Origin: Octopus vulgaris
Taxonomy: Eukaryota
Length of the DNA: 64,000 bases
Assembly: GCA_951406725.2 (NCBI GenBank)
Contig: OX597817.1
Coordinates: forward strand, 59,334,001-59,398,000
Direction of reading: 5' to 3'
Translations under genes and position numbers: made by a program
Shown: positions 1 through 13,920 of the stretch, piece by piece
Layout of the letters: each line of letters starts with the position of its first letter
Position numbering within the stretch: the stretch's first letter is position 1
Notes under the pieces: model-generated
What the model saw: only the letters and a program-made list of their open reading frames with translations
Databases searched by the model: none
Told to the model about the DNA's origin: nothing

Positions 1-139
1 ATCTATGTTTATATATATATATATATATATATTCACACACACACATATATGCTTCTATATATAAGTATATATATTTCATCTTTTACTTGTTTCAATGTTT
101 AGACTGCGGCCAAGCTGTGGCACATATGCGTATACATTG

Positions 140-276
140 AGAAAGAGGGGCGAGAGAGAGAGAGAGAGAGAAGTACTATGAGAGTTTCAAACAATGAAAT
201 AATTGAAGAGTATATAAAATAAAGTGGGGAGGGAGGAGAAGAGAGTGTAAAGTTTGAGAGAGACAGGGAGGGGGAA

Positions 277-318
<42 letters not shown>

Positions 319-960
319 GGGAGAAAGTGGCATGTGATAGTGACAGGGTGTATGTGTGAGGGAGAAAGACAGAATATTTATGTTTGAGAGAGAGAAAGGA
401 AGGAAAAGCGAGAGAGGGGGATTTTGTTTGTATGAGAGAAAGTAAATCTGTAAGTAGCATGGTTGAGAGGAAGAATGTTATGTGTGTGTAAATATGTGTG
501 TGTAAATGTGTGTGTAAATGTGTGTGTGTGTGAATGAAAAAAAGAGAGAAAGTATATGAGTTTGCGTGAAAGAAAGAGATAATATTGTGTGAGAGAGAAA
601 GAAAAAGTGTGTAAGTTGTATGAGAGAGAAAAAAATGAGAGAGTTTGTGAGAGAAGGAATCTGTGTGTAGATGAGAGTATGTGGTTATGTGTGTGTGTGT
701 CAGAGAGGTAGTAAGGGAGTGAGAGAGAGAGAGTAAGTAATTATGTGTGTTAGTGAAAGACGAGTGTATGTGAATGGAGCGTGTGAGAGAGAAAGAAAGG
801 CAGAAGATATGAGGGTGCGTGCTGGAGTTATAGAGAAAGTATGTGGCGATAATGTGTATGTGTGAGTGTGTGCGAGAGAAAGAGTATAAGCATGTGTACG
901 TGTGCTGCAGTTATAGAAAGTATGTGATGTATGTGAGAGAGAGAGAGAGAGAGAGAGTGC
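140..960. repeat. GA/GT-rich low-complexity tract upstream of the TATA box
   Basis: (GA)n, (GAAA)n and (GT)n runs, strongly C-poor on the + strand. Confidence 0.9.
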
Positions 961-985
961 GTGTATGCGCGCGCTATTGCTGGCA

Positions 986-1142
986 TATATAAAGCCTGTT
1001 GCCTTGCGTGGCTGACAGTTTTGCTCTCTCCTTTAACACGATATATTGGTCTCTTACCTTATAATATTCAACCACGGGCTAACCACGGGCTAACTACATT
1101 ACATTAACGGATACTGATCTACTTTGTATAATAATATACTCT
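986..1142 (+). promoter_or_regulatory. Putative TATA/Inr core promoter and non-coding first exon of the angiomotin-like gene
   Basis: TATATAAAG at 986-994, Inr-like CAGTT at 1016-1020 (about 30 nt downstream), strong donor gtaagt at 1143. The link to the acceptor at 26761 is inferred. Confidence 0.55.
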
Positions 1143-1492
1143 GTAAGTAACAAGTTTCTTTTATTTCTATTAATTTCTTTCCACTTAAACGTTTGGTATT
1201 AGCTACCCTCTGCTTGTTATATCATTATTTGATGTTTCATTGTTCTTTCTGCCCTTCTGTTACCACGTCTACTTGTTTCTGCTTTTGTTTTCGATCTTCT
1301 AATAAATTAATCTTTACAAAGTCGCCAATAAGTTAACTTATTATTGCGAAATCATTAGTTTTTGATTAGCCAAACTTTCTTTGTTGTGTCTCTCTGAGTG
1401 TTTTGTGTTTGTCGTTAAGAGAACGAGAGAAAAACGAAGAGTATGATGTGTGTGTGTAATATCATAACACACACACACAAACATATATATAT

Positions 1493-1702
1493 GGTATTAC
1501 TTGAGAACAGTGGTCCCGGTGCGCGCACTCGCGTAGTCGCGCATCCGCGCTAGCTAGTCATGATTAGTCGATCCTTTGTGTTATTTTGTGTCTTGTTTAC
1601 TTTGCTAGGTAGTCGTTGTAGGATCGACTAGTCACGACTAGCTAGCGCGGATGCGCGACTACGCGAGTGCGCGCACCGGGACCACTGTTCTCAAGTAGTA
1701 CC
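1493..1702. mobile_element. CpG-rich MITE with about 85-bp TIRs (Mutator-like), copy 1
   Basis: GGTATTACTTGAGAACAGTGGTCCCGG...GATCC and its near-perfect reverse complement around a short spacer; flanks tatatatat / tatataggt (7/9 identical, possible 9-bp TSD). Confidence 0.85.
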
Positions 1703-4700
1703 TATATAGGTAATACGCCTTTCAATTAACATCTATTCTCGTTTTAAACGTTGAGCACCTGCTGTCTACACAGATACTATACGTAATATATAAACACACA
1801 CACACAACAGGTGTATAAGTGCATATACAAACATTAAATATATTCAGTCCTTAAAATATTGTTTACAACAACGCGGAAGCCGTTACAGGATTGCTTGACC
1901 TACTAGAAATGGCAGCCAGATAGCCTTCGAATCGTTGTACCTAGGTTTCTAGGAACAATGGGAAAGCATATTCGATAATTTAGACTTGCCTTTGGCGGAG
2001 AGGAACCGTGAGGCCGCTTTGTGGTTAAAATGAAGTTGACCAGATGTCGCCTGTCCGATCAGAAGTGGGATCGGGTTAAACAACACCATCAACACACCGT
2101 ACACACACACACACACATTGTTTGTATACAATCCTCTCACAGCATGCACACACACCTATAACCCAGAGTACAGACACATATGCATATAAAATCATTATCT
2201 ACATATATGCAATCGACAGGGTCCCTACATAATCGTTCGATTTACTTGAACAGCTAAATCTAACTAACATCCTACAATTTAAAAAAGACAGCAGCGAATG
2301 ACCGACACAGTGGTAGACAACGTATTTCTAGATACTCTTTAAAAACAAAACCAGAATGGTCTCTTTCATTTTAAGTCTGTTCGCTGCATGAAGGATCAGA
2401 AGGGTCATTGTTCGTGACCATCTGACAGCAGCGAGGTTGGGGCTTTGGACGGTCCACTTAAACTATTGCAACTTGGCTACTGCAATAAGAAAATGCTGGG
2501 CGGGAATTCCAAAAAGTCGGTCTTTCAAGGAAATTGTGATTGAGTGTAAGGGTTTGTGCTGGGTTTTGGAATGTTGGACATGGGTGGCGCGAGGGTGGAC
2601 ATATGAGTAAGTTGGGGCTACCTGAGTAGATGTGGCATGAGACCAACCGGCTTCGAGGGGCAAAGGCCATTGTAGCTGCGGTGGAAAAGGTAGCGAGAGG
2701 AGATCGCTCGGTGGATCATGCAAGAGTGTGTGAGTGAGTTAATGTCACATTGATAACTTGGCCCTTAATATAACAACCTATTATACAAATGTGTGAGTGT
2801 ATATGCAGATGTACTGGCTATAGGGATGACCGAATGATGAAGTTGGCTTTGGCAATAGGGAACCCTCAATTCCAGTACTTTGCTATAGATTCGAGTCGAC
2901 CCAAGTTTTGTGAGTGGAAACTAGGTGGACGGAATCTGTAAAAACCTGTAGTAGTTTTGTCTGCACTTGTTATTCAAAAGGTCATCTTGTTCCATTCACT
3001 CTCTTACGCTGATTTTGACCTGAGTATTTATTTTGTTAAGGGCACGAATGAAACACTTAGCTTCTTACACTATAATTTAAATAAGACAATCTAACCAATC
3101 GAACAACTAAAACAAATGCTCATCGTCTCAACAGACTGAGATCCATATACTTTTTTCTTTTATTTACACACGCATGTATGTATGTGTGTGTGTATAAACA
3201 TAGCACACATGTTTCTGTATTTATCTCAACATGAACAAAAGCGGGAGCCATATCGCACATGCTTACATACATTCCATGTATATAAGTGGAGGGAGAGGGA
3301 GAGGCGATTAGTACAAGTGGGAGGAGACTGTACAGTGAGTGAGTGTGCGTGGTGGGAGAATGCGAAGTAGGAGCGGGAAGGGCAGAGAAACGGTACCACC
3401 ATTGGTTGACTAGCTTCGTTGTTCTTATTATATATATTTATAACATTCCATTCTCTCAAAGAGCTTGGCATGAAAGTACAAACAACTCCAGAGAAACTAT
3501 TTCCCTAAAGTCGGTGAACTTTTCCATCGACACCATAGCTGACAGCACACACGCATGTGTGTGTGTGTTTGTCATATTTCCTTACCACACATGTATGAAA
3601 CCCAATGAGGGCGCCTCTATGTGGTCGCTTCATTTGCTAAAAATAGCTGACGGCTCTCCCTCAAATCACACCCCCTGCCTTTTAAAAAGGAGGAAGGACG
3701 CACGAGATAATGTTGAAAGCCGTAAAATGATCATATGGTTATAGCTGCCATGTCCTTTGTTCATTTACTGTTTTTTGAACAAGGCTGATCTCGGCCTAGA
3801 GACATCAACATATACTCATACATGTATACGTGTGTGTGTGTGTATTTTATATGTTGCTTCTGTCAGTCATTGGAATGCGGCCACGATGAGGCACCGCCAT
3901 GAAGTGTTCTTGTCGAAATCGCCCATAGTGCTTTGTGTACATGATATACATACACACACACACTGACAGTTCTAGGAAACCTTCTTCTATCGAATTAAGA
4001 ATTTTGTTATTGGTGTGGCGTGGATAGAATTAGAAGAAGAACGGAAAGAGAAGTCAAGTCGAGGAATTAACTAGACTATGAAGAATTGGATGAAACGATA
4101 GACTTTTTAGATAATGAAGAATGTGAAAGCGATTAGTTGAGATTCTGTTCCGTTTGACCGTTTTCCCGACTAACACTGGTTCACTGTTTTATTACCGCCT
4201 CCCCTCCTCTTCTCTTTTATTTGTTTCGTTCATTGGACTGTAGCCATGAAGGAGGCACTGCCTTGAAGAGTTGTAGTGGAACAGATCGACCCCACTATTT
4301 GATTTTTCTTAAAGTATGATACTTATTCTATCGAAAACTATTTTGCCAAACCGCTAGGTTACAGGAAAGCAAAGAAACCAAGTGGTAGAGCTGTGACACA
4401 CATACATGCATACATACATACATACATACATACATACATACATACATACATACATACATACATACATACATACATACGTACATACATGGATCCTACAGGC
4501 TTCTTCACAGTTTCCGTCTACCAGTTTCGCTCACAAGGCATTTGTCGACCCGGGGCTATAGTAAAAATCACTTGCCCAAGGTGCCACGCAAAAGGACTGA
4601 GCCCGAAACCACATGGTTTTAAATTGAGCTTCTTAACCACGCAGCCATGTGTGTCTTATTTAAAACCATTTTTGCTCTTACTAATTCCCAGTCTATCCAA

Positions 4701-7334
4701 CAACACCAGTAGACAATTCATCTCATTGACGAAGGTATCTATCCGAAACGTTAGACTTCTCTTCGTCACATTTATGATAAAAGTATGCCGAGGACGCTGC
4801 TGTGCTCCGACTCTGAACGCAGGAGTCGATGTCTCATCAGGCAGTGAAGTAGCTCTGTAAATGTTTTGGCTCCTTCCATCACGATACCAGAGCTACCTGG
4901 GGGCCACCCGCCGATTTTGCACTAACTTTGTTGAATCAGATGATGCGACCTTGGGCCAGATTTATCCCAATTGCATGTTTAAAAATAAGGGTAGGGGGTA
5001 TCTTTCGTGTTATGTACATAAAATTGGCGGATAAGTTGATAAGAAATAAAATAAATAAAAATGAAAGAAAGTAATCATTTGACGAGTGACGTGATAATGG
5101 CGCCAAGCAAACTCTTGGTTACTTCGAGGCAGACGATCGCTAGTTTCTTTAGATACTGCTGTTTTGCCTGATAATAAAATAATATCGTAGAAATTTAAGA
5201 TGGTATATGAGATGTTGGAATGATAACGAAGAAGATAATTCATCTTCCTTAATATTGCAACAATAAATTTCTCAGATTTCCTGACAGACCGAAATCCTTT
5301 CTTTTCACAGATGGATACCCTTTCCCCATATTTCTTCCCATCTCTCTCAGACACACACACACACGAGGTTTAGAAATGCTCTCGACATGCCGTATAACCA
5401 CGGCGGCTCTCCAACAACTCATGTACATACATACATACTGATAGATATCTATGTCAGTGATTCCCAATCTCTTCACTACAAAGGGCCTCTTTTATTTAAA
5501 TGAGTTTTCCCACGGTCCCCGGGATATTGAAAGGTCTGTAGACCCCCAGTACTCTCTTTGCAGACCACTGATCTATGTTATCATATATATCAGTAAACAC
5601 ACGATTCTGTATAATTTTAAGTATCGGTTGTAATTTCTTACCCTTCTTATAAAGGGCCCTGCTGGAAGCATCATATATCTCTTCTTTTCTAAAACTAACG
5701 TATTTTCCTCCTCTCTCTCTATCTGCGAGCTATTTCAAGTTTCTAACACAAACCATCACTACTTTAGATTGTTTTATCATCATATTGCTTACACTGACAC
5801 GGATATTAATACAACACTATGAATTAAACTTATTTTAATTAGCCTTCTGGCAAAGTCTTCTCCCGCTCCCCAAGGTTACAGGGATTCAATCATAGATATT
5901 TGCATTTTAATAAGTACAAAAAATGGTTTGTACAATAATTTTGTTAACAATAGTATTGTATGTAACGTGTGTTAGGAAGTATAAAACAGACCTCAACAGG
6001 AAGTGCTCTAAATGACACCATGCTTATAACGTGTAGGGACTGCACATTGTGGATATATTTGGATTATGTATGTCTATAACCAACTACATACCATGTGTGA
6101 TAAGCCAAAAGATAGGGTTTCTTGCATCGGTGTCTATTTGTGTGTGTAGGTGTGAGCGTGAGTGCCGAATTAGCAGTGTTAAAAACAAAAACATCATTCT
6201 CCTCCCGGTACAATTCACTGACACACACACACAAATAGTACATATTTTTACTCTAATAGTTAAGACATAAATCATTTTGTTCATAGATAACGCGTATATT
6301 ACCTATATAAAGAGAAGTGCGATAACTTATTTTGCTGCGAGGAGTGATATAACGTAACTTTGGGTGTCTGTCTTTTGTCTGAGATTAAATGAAAGAAAGA
6401 AAAAGAGCTGCTGTCATTTTGAGCAAGAAACATGGAAGCGGTGTTTTTGGCATAGTTGTCCTTCGAAGTCCCAAACTTTCATGAGAAAGGAAAAGGGTCA
6501 CTTTTTTTGACTTAATCTTTTTACTATTTCTGTCTCTCATAGTGAAGGTGCGTAGCCAAGTTGTCCGGGTATTTGCAGTCGCGATCGTAATTTCGGTTCC
6601 CGGACCGGGCAGTGCATTGAGTTCTTGAGCCAAAACACTGCATTCACGTTGCTCCAGTTTGCTCAGCTATAAACAGGAATAACCCTGCTACAGACTGGAG
6701 ATTGTTGTGGTCTCGGTCTACGCCATAGAAACCGGGTAACCTGCTCTGAGTCTTAAGACTCACAGAGATAATAATAATAATGTTCAGGGGTTGTTTTTGT
6801 TGATGACGATGATGATGTCTTTCATACAATGGAAGTTAGGAGTCTGAATTTTGTTTTTGCTCTCCAAAGTTTCGATTTCTTTACATCCCCCACACACTCA
6901 CACCTCACTTCCAATCTCTTTTCCTTTCTCATCGTGACTTCTAGACACAGTTAATTCAAAAAATCCTCCCCCAAGTAGACTCATCTGCTCAAACAGCACT
7001 TTTTCTTTAATACATTTTGTCACTAGCCTCGGAGACACAACGACAGCCTTTCATTTTCTGACTCTCACATAAAAACCAAACAACTGATTCAGTAAAACTC
7101 TAAAACTCCACATGGCAATAAACTTCTCCCATTCCTCCGTCGAACCCTGCTACGAACTAACAACGATGCAAGCCATCACCTTAGTTACCTCAGTTAAATT
7201 TCACGTATGTTTGTGTGTGTTGTGTCAATATACAAACGAGAAATGATGGTACTCTTATAAAAGCAGAGTTGGTTTACATACACATCTACCTTAACCTGGC
7301 AATTCGTCGTAATTTTGGAAAACGTCTTATGGAT

Positions 7335-7527
7335 TATTCTGTTGTGTCTGGGGAGAGTCATTTTCTTTTTGTGCCTTATAATGTAACACACTCACCGGTA
7401 AAATTTCCACTTATTTCTTATTTTTATTTTCCTAACATTTTCGTTGCGTCTTGCAACCTTTTCACGGTGAGTGTGTTACATTATAAGGCACAAAAAGAAA
7501 ATTACTCTCCCCAGACACAACAGAATA
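7335..7527 (-). mobile_element. Second copy of the 63765 family, with inverted terminal duplication
   Basis: 7335-7463 is the reverse complement of about 63797-63922; 7465-7527 is an inverted copy of 7335-7397. Confidence 0.75.
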
Positions 7528-9289
7528 TGCTTCAACACACGAACTCATATAAAGAATCTTGCAAACCAAATCTTATGGATTAGTTTAATAAATAACAAGA
7601 TCAATTTGGTTTGCATCGACACAATAATATTTCATACATTTCAGGCGGCGAATTGACAGAATCTTCAGCACGCCGGACAAAATGCTTAGCAGCATTTCGT
7701 CCGTCTTTGTGCTCTGAGTTCAGATTCTAGCGAGGTCGACTTTGCCTTTCATCTTATCGGGATCGATAAAATAAGTACCAGGTTGAGTACTGGGTGGATG
7801 TAATCGACTAACCCATCCCTCCAAAATTGCTGGCTTTGTACCAAAATTTGAAAGCAATGTTTCTTCATACTTCAGACGTAATCAGAGCAGTCGAGTGGGG
7901 GAAGTTCCATACCTGATGTCTCTTGAAGTGCGTCCGTACAGAAAACTATCGATTACTATTGTATAAGTACATTCTTTGTTTTTTTAATATCTGTTGTTGA
8001 TTAGGAAGTAATACATTCACCTCGACCTAGAAACAAATGACTCATGTGATTAAAATATTCCTTTCAATGTAAATATGGAAGCTTTTAATTTTCACAATAG
8101 ACGTTGACATAACTGACACCACATTATCCTGTATGATTACCTAAGCACATTCAGGAAGGACACAATACTTTCACTTAACACTTTCTCTACCAAACTGATT
8201 CTGTGTCATATTTTCTTTTGTACCAACAGTCCAATCTTGTTATGAATTATGCATTTCTTTAAATTTTCTAACCATATATATGTTCTAGTTCATCAACTAC
8301 CACATTAAATTATAGCAAGGCTATCAACAGTGGCTCCCCTGGTTCAAAATGAATATTATTTCCATTCTGTGATACACATGGTAAAAAGTGTCTAAATGGC
8401 TTCTTTTTCATAAAAATTATTTTATGCAGGGCAGCACTTCAACGATGGAGATAACAGTGACTTGTCCCACCCTTCCCATATCTTTATTCTATGAATTTCC
8501 TTAATTCAATTAATAGTTTGAAGCATAGCAACGCAAAGCTCCATGAAAAAGGGGGAAAAAATAAAATATTAGAAATCTCTAGTGACTCCGAATAGACAAG
8601 GTATTAACATGTAAGATTAGAGTATTCGATGGCATAAAAAAGACGTCAAAAAAAAATTGGAGAAAGCATTAAATCTGTCTATTGAGGCTGTTTAATTAAT
8701 CACCAAGCTCCATATGGTAACCAATGGCAACTAGCTGCACTTTGGTTCGATGGCAGACATAATCTGTCTCGTGGATTACATTTGTCAAGAGATTGTTTAA
8801 AATGGTGTGAGTTTGATTGGCCTTTAGAAAGAAGGATACTGTGTCCTTAAATTGAATGAAAGATCAGGGCGGTTGCATGACCTATGGAGTCGATTCTGTT
8901 ACAACCAATTTGGGCTCGGTTTGCAGTCTGAAAATAACCCCCATCCCTAATCGTTTCCAGGGTGAGGGCCTGAATAACGTCACGGCTACTGTCGTTTCTC
9001 CTCTGATTTAACAATTTAAAAATAACGGTTTCAAATTTTGGTACCAGGCCAACAAATGTCGGGAGAAGAGATTATTCGATTACATCGACTCAAGTGCTTT
9101 AACCCTGAAAGGATGAAAAAAAGTAAAGTCGACTTCAGAGGAATTCTAACACAATCCATTAAAAGCCGCGTAAAAGACGAAGCCTAGGTACTGCCAAATC
9201 TCTTTCGAATTACATCTGTCCGTCTTAGAAATAGAAAAATATGTATATCCATGATGGTTGTGTCGTTTTAGATACATTTTACGTTATAT

Positions 9290-9446
9290 ACTTCTTTATT
9301 GCCCACAAGGGGCTAAACATAGAGGGGACAAACAAGGACAGGAAACGGATTAAGTCGATTACATCGACTCCAGTGCATAACTGGTGCTTTATTTATCGAC
9401 CCCGAAAGGATGAAAGGCAAAGTCGACCTCGGCGGAATTTGAACTC
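9290..9446 (-). mobile_element. 5'-truncated SINE with perfect 20-bp TSD
   Basis: AGATACATTTTACGTTATAT at 9270-9289 and 9447-9466. Confidence 0.85.
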
Positions 9447-9589
9447 AGATACATTTTACGTTATATTATAGAGTTGGATCATCACACCGACCTCTGATCA
9501 TAAAGGCTTGCTCGCTCAGCGCTGACTTGGGGCTAAACAACATCGCCACTAACACCTCCAAACACACACACACACACACATATACACAT

Positions 9590-9641
<52 letters not shown>

Positions 9642-10095
9642 CGCTGATATCAGCTGATATTGAGTCAGGTGATGTGAAAGTTAATATAATGGAGCTAGGA
9701 AAATATATTTATAAAGATATCCTGTCAACTAAGGAATTAAATAAATCTGCAGAGTTTGTATTTTAATGAATTGTGTGTGGGAGAAATGGTCAGTGTTTTA
9801 TTCGTTTATATACAAGACATAACTGTGAATATGTTGTGTATGTGCACACACACGTATATACACATACACACACACACTATGGTTTCACGTTCTTGTTTAT
9901 GTTGTTGGACGGTTTATCTTCAGTCGACTTCCGCAATGTCCCGTTGAGCGATCAATGTCTAAAAAAATAACCATGGCAATGATGTAAGAACAATTACTCT
10001 TTTGTGTGTGTGTGTACACACTCGATATATTCATACGTTATTGGAGATTGAATACTCAAGACCGCATTGGTAGACGTAATATGTAAACATATATT

Positions 10096-10780
<685 letters not shown>

Positions 10781-12760
10781 GTACATATTGGGTGAGAATA
10801 TGTTTGCATACGTACTCATATATGCCTTTGAACTATATGTAACAGGATGTTTATTATATGAATGTATATGTGAATGACAGAGAATAATTCAAATATTTCC
10901 CATAATTTCGTCACCAGCCACCCACCTTCTTTGCCAATCCCATCTGCGGTGGCGGTATGATGATGGTATGATAGATACGTTAAATGATCGGTAAACTGCT
11001 GACAAACGGAATTTGTCATGTCGCCAACTTCTTTCCTATAAGCAACTTGTTCCAGTTGAAATCATTGTTGAACCTAGATCAGATGAGTTAACTGAACTGT
11101 TGAGCTAGATCCAATTTCTCTTGCAGGGGCATTGATCGACCCGAAGCTATGATAGAAGGAAAAAAACACTTACTTCAGGTGTCAGGAGACCACGTGGTTG
11201 TAAAATGAACTTGTTAGTTATACAAGCCTTACCTGCCTCTACACACACACACTCGTGGTGTTTTGTCTTTAATCAGGCCTGACCAACCTTTTTTTCTAGA
11301 AGCGGGGCGCATGAGTCTTGGTTCATTATATGACGGACCTCATTTTTTAAAAATAATTCAAGGCGATTTTTCATTTGGCTTCTCATTGAGGAAGTCATGT
11401 GGGTCGCATGTTGCCTATGACTGTTTAAAAATAGAGGAAAAGTGGTTATGCACGAAATGTTGTCCATTAATTGAGTGTCCAGACCTGTTAACTTGTAGAA
11501 TAGATTTAATGTGGGGACAGTGGTGTTAGATTTGTCGGGGTTAGAGACTTTAGATTTTTATGTGCCAGACGACAGGTAGGGTAGTTTTGATGCAGCAGGA
11601 GTGACTGGCCAAAGGAGCACTGGATTAGCAATTAAGCAAAATAAGTATGTGCTTAGGGTATCGAGGGAAAAGAGGGGGGGGGCGACCAGAGATATGGTTA
11701 ATGATTTACGACACTAAAGTGGTCACTTTAAACTTGCTAAAATGATTATTCGATATGATCGGAAATTAGATAAACCACATCGACCAATGCTTTACAAGTG
11801 AATCTGATTGACGGAAACTGTATGGAAGCCCATCGTGTGTGTGTTCGTCCACCACCACCACTTAACCGGCGTTAGTTTGTTTACGTCCCCGTAGCATAGC
11901 GGTTAAGAAAAAGAGACCGACAGAATAAGTACCAGGCTTTTTGAAAAAAAATCATAAATACTGGAGTTGAATTTATTCTAGTAAAACTTCCAAGGCGATG
12001 CCCCATCATGGCCGCGGTCCAATGACTGGAACTAGTAAAAAATATTTTTTAAATGAAAAACAGAAATTGAAGATGAGACGAGGATATTGCCATCATCACC
12101 ATCACCATCATCATAATAGTAGTAGTTTTTATGCTCACTTTTCCACGCTAGTAGTGTTTCATTCACAGTCGGGTGTCGTTGATCACGGCAGCCCTTTCCA
12201 GTTCGCCTGTTACGGCACACAAGGACTTAATGCTCTTCTTCCTTATACCTAGGTATATTCGATATGTTTATGATCTCAAATATGTTCAAATACAGAAAAC
12301 ACCGCCATAATAAAAACATCCCAATTCCTGTTTCATTTATTGAACAAATTAACTTAATTGCTTGATAATTTTTCGTGGTTTAGAATATTTTTTTGTAACC
12401 AACGGATACCGTTCGTTGTTGCCTTGAATTCCTCCGTCACGTCATTGAATCGCGTTTTACAATTGCCCTTCCTCTTGTTTCACAGAAAAAAAAAAGAGAA
12501 AAACTTTTATTACTCATGTTCAAATACTCTCTTACCCAGCATGTGCTATTTCTTAAATATTTGTGTGGGTTAGAGGCCTTTGTGTTGAAATTACTTACAG
12601 AAGACAAGAACTTTATATCTTAAAACTGTATTAAACCTTAGCACGATCATGTTTCTAACCATTGATAACATGATGTCCAATTCGTTCTAATCCAATAAAG
12701 ATTTATTTGTTAAATATACTTAAAATATTACCATACTTTTACTCGTTTGTAAATTGCACT

Positions 12761-12962
12761 CTTTTAATCTTATTGCCCACAGGGGGCTAAACATAGAGGG
12801 AACAAACAAGGACAAAGGGATTAAATCGATTACATCGACCCCAATGCGTAACTGGTACTTATTAAATCGACCCCGAAAGGATGAAAGGCTAAGTCAACCT
12901 CGGCGAAATTTGAACTCAGAACGTAAAGACAGAACTAACGTTTCTGCCAGCTCGCTGCCTTA
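12761..12962 (-). mobile_element. Same SINE subfamily with 14-bp TSD
   Basis: TTGTAAATTGCACT at 12747-12760 and 12963-12976. Confidence 0.82.
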
Positions 12963-13888
12963 TTGTAAATTGCACTATTTTGTACTTGATTTTAACTGGA
13001 AAACACTAGTGTGATATATACAAGGGACGAAGCTTAAATTATGAAAAGAAAGGAAATTGTACCAAGATTTAACGTAAAGATTCGAGGTACAACTTGGAGT
13101 AAATACCTGGTTTAAATGTTTTACTTCTAACGAACAATAAAAATCACGATCTCTCCTCTCATAGCGCTCACTTATGAACCTAATGCCTCCAAAAGGGCGC
13201 CGCTATGGCAATAAGGCCAAGTGAAAGACCGAGTCACTTTCAACAGTCTGAACCTAAAACAATGAAACACCAACTTTAAATGCTCCATAAAGCGTGTAAA
13301 TAACTGTATTTATAGACCATAGTTTGAATTATTTATAAGCTGAAATATGTAAATAGCTTTTTCTGCCTTTGTGCTCAACGAGCGCCAAAATAACTTTCTC
13401 TGCTCTCGAACAGGTATTATATATAGTATGACAACACTATTTTTACCTGGCTTGATGACGGCTACCACTCTCTAAATAAATGTAATTGTAATTCTGTTTT
13501 CTCATTCTATGGAACTTATTGTCCGTGTCTTTTAAAGTGGACACATTCCTTCATGTTCTACTAAATTTAATTATAACATTTGTTTTCCTTTCGTTGGATC
13601 AAGTGCCTTTGATTATATCATTACGATTAAACTGAAAACTTTGTGCTTCGATGAAGATGTTCAGTATTTGTTTATAATACACACACACACACAGATTTGG
13701 TGATGCAAACGGTAAAATGAAACTCAAAACATGAGTATATATACGTTTTATTTTGTTTGTTTTTATCAATAATCGACAGAAGTTACAGTGACTCGATGGT
13801 CGAGATTCGTGTTTGCACTTATCAAAAATGCCAACACACGGAACTTACGGCCCTTAAGTCACCCTCTAGTTTCTGCTGATTAATAATT

Positions 13889-13920
<32 letters not shown>

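Noticed and set aside
4795-4846. Minus-strand CTGATGAGAC...GTC hammerhead candidate
   Set aside because: GAAA is replaced by GGAG and there is no stem III or NUH site.
6304-6760. Second TATATAAAG as an alternative AMOT promoter
   Set aside because: No clear Inr or strong donor; the downstream GC-richer segment is a decayed tRNA-SINE.
11260-11750. Possible decayed Penelope RT/GIY-YIG linker on the minus strand (CPHI...HF)
   Set aside because: Too degenerate to support without a tBLASTx search.
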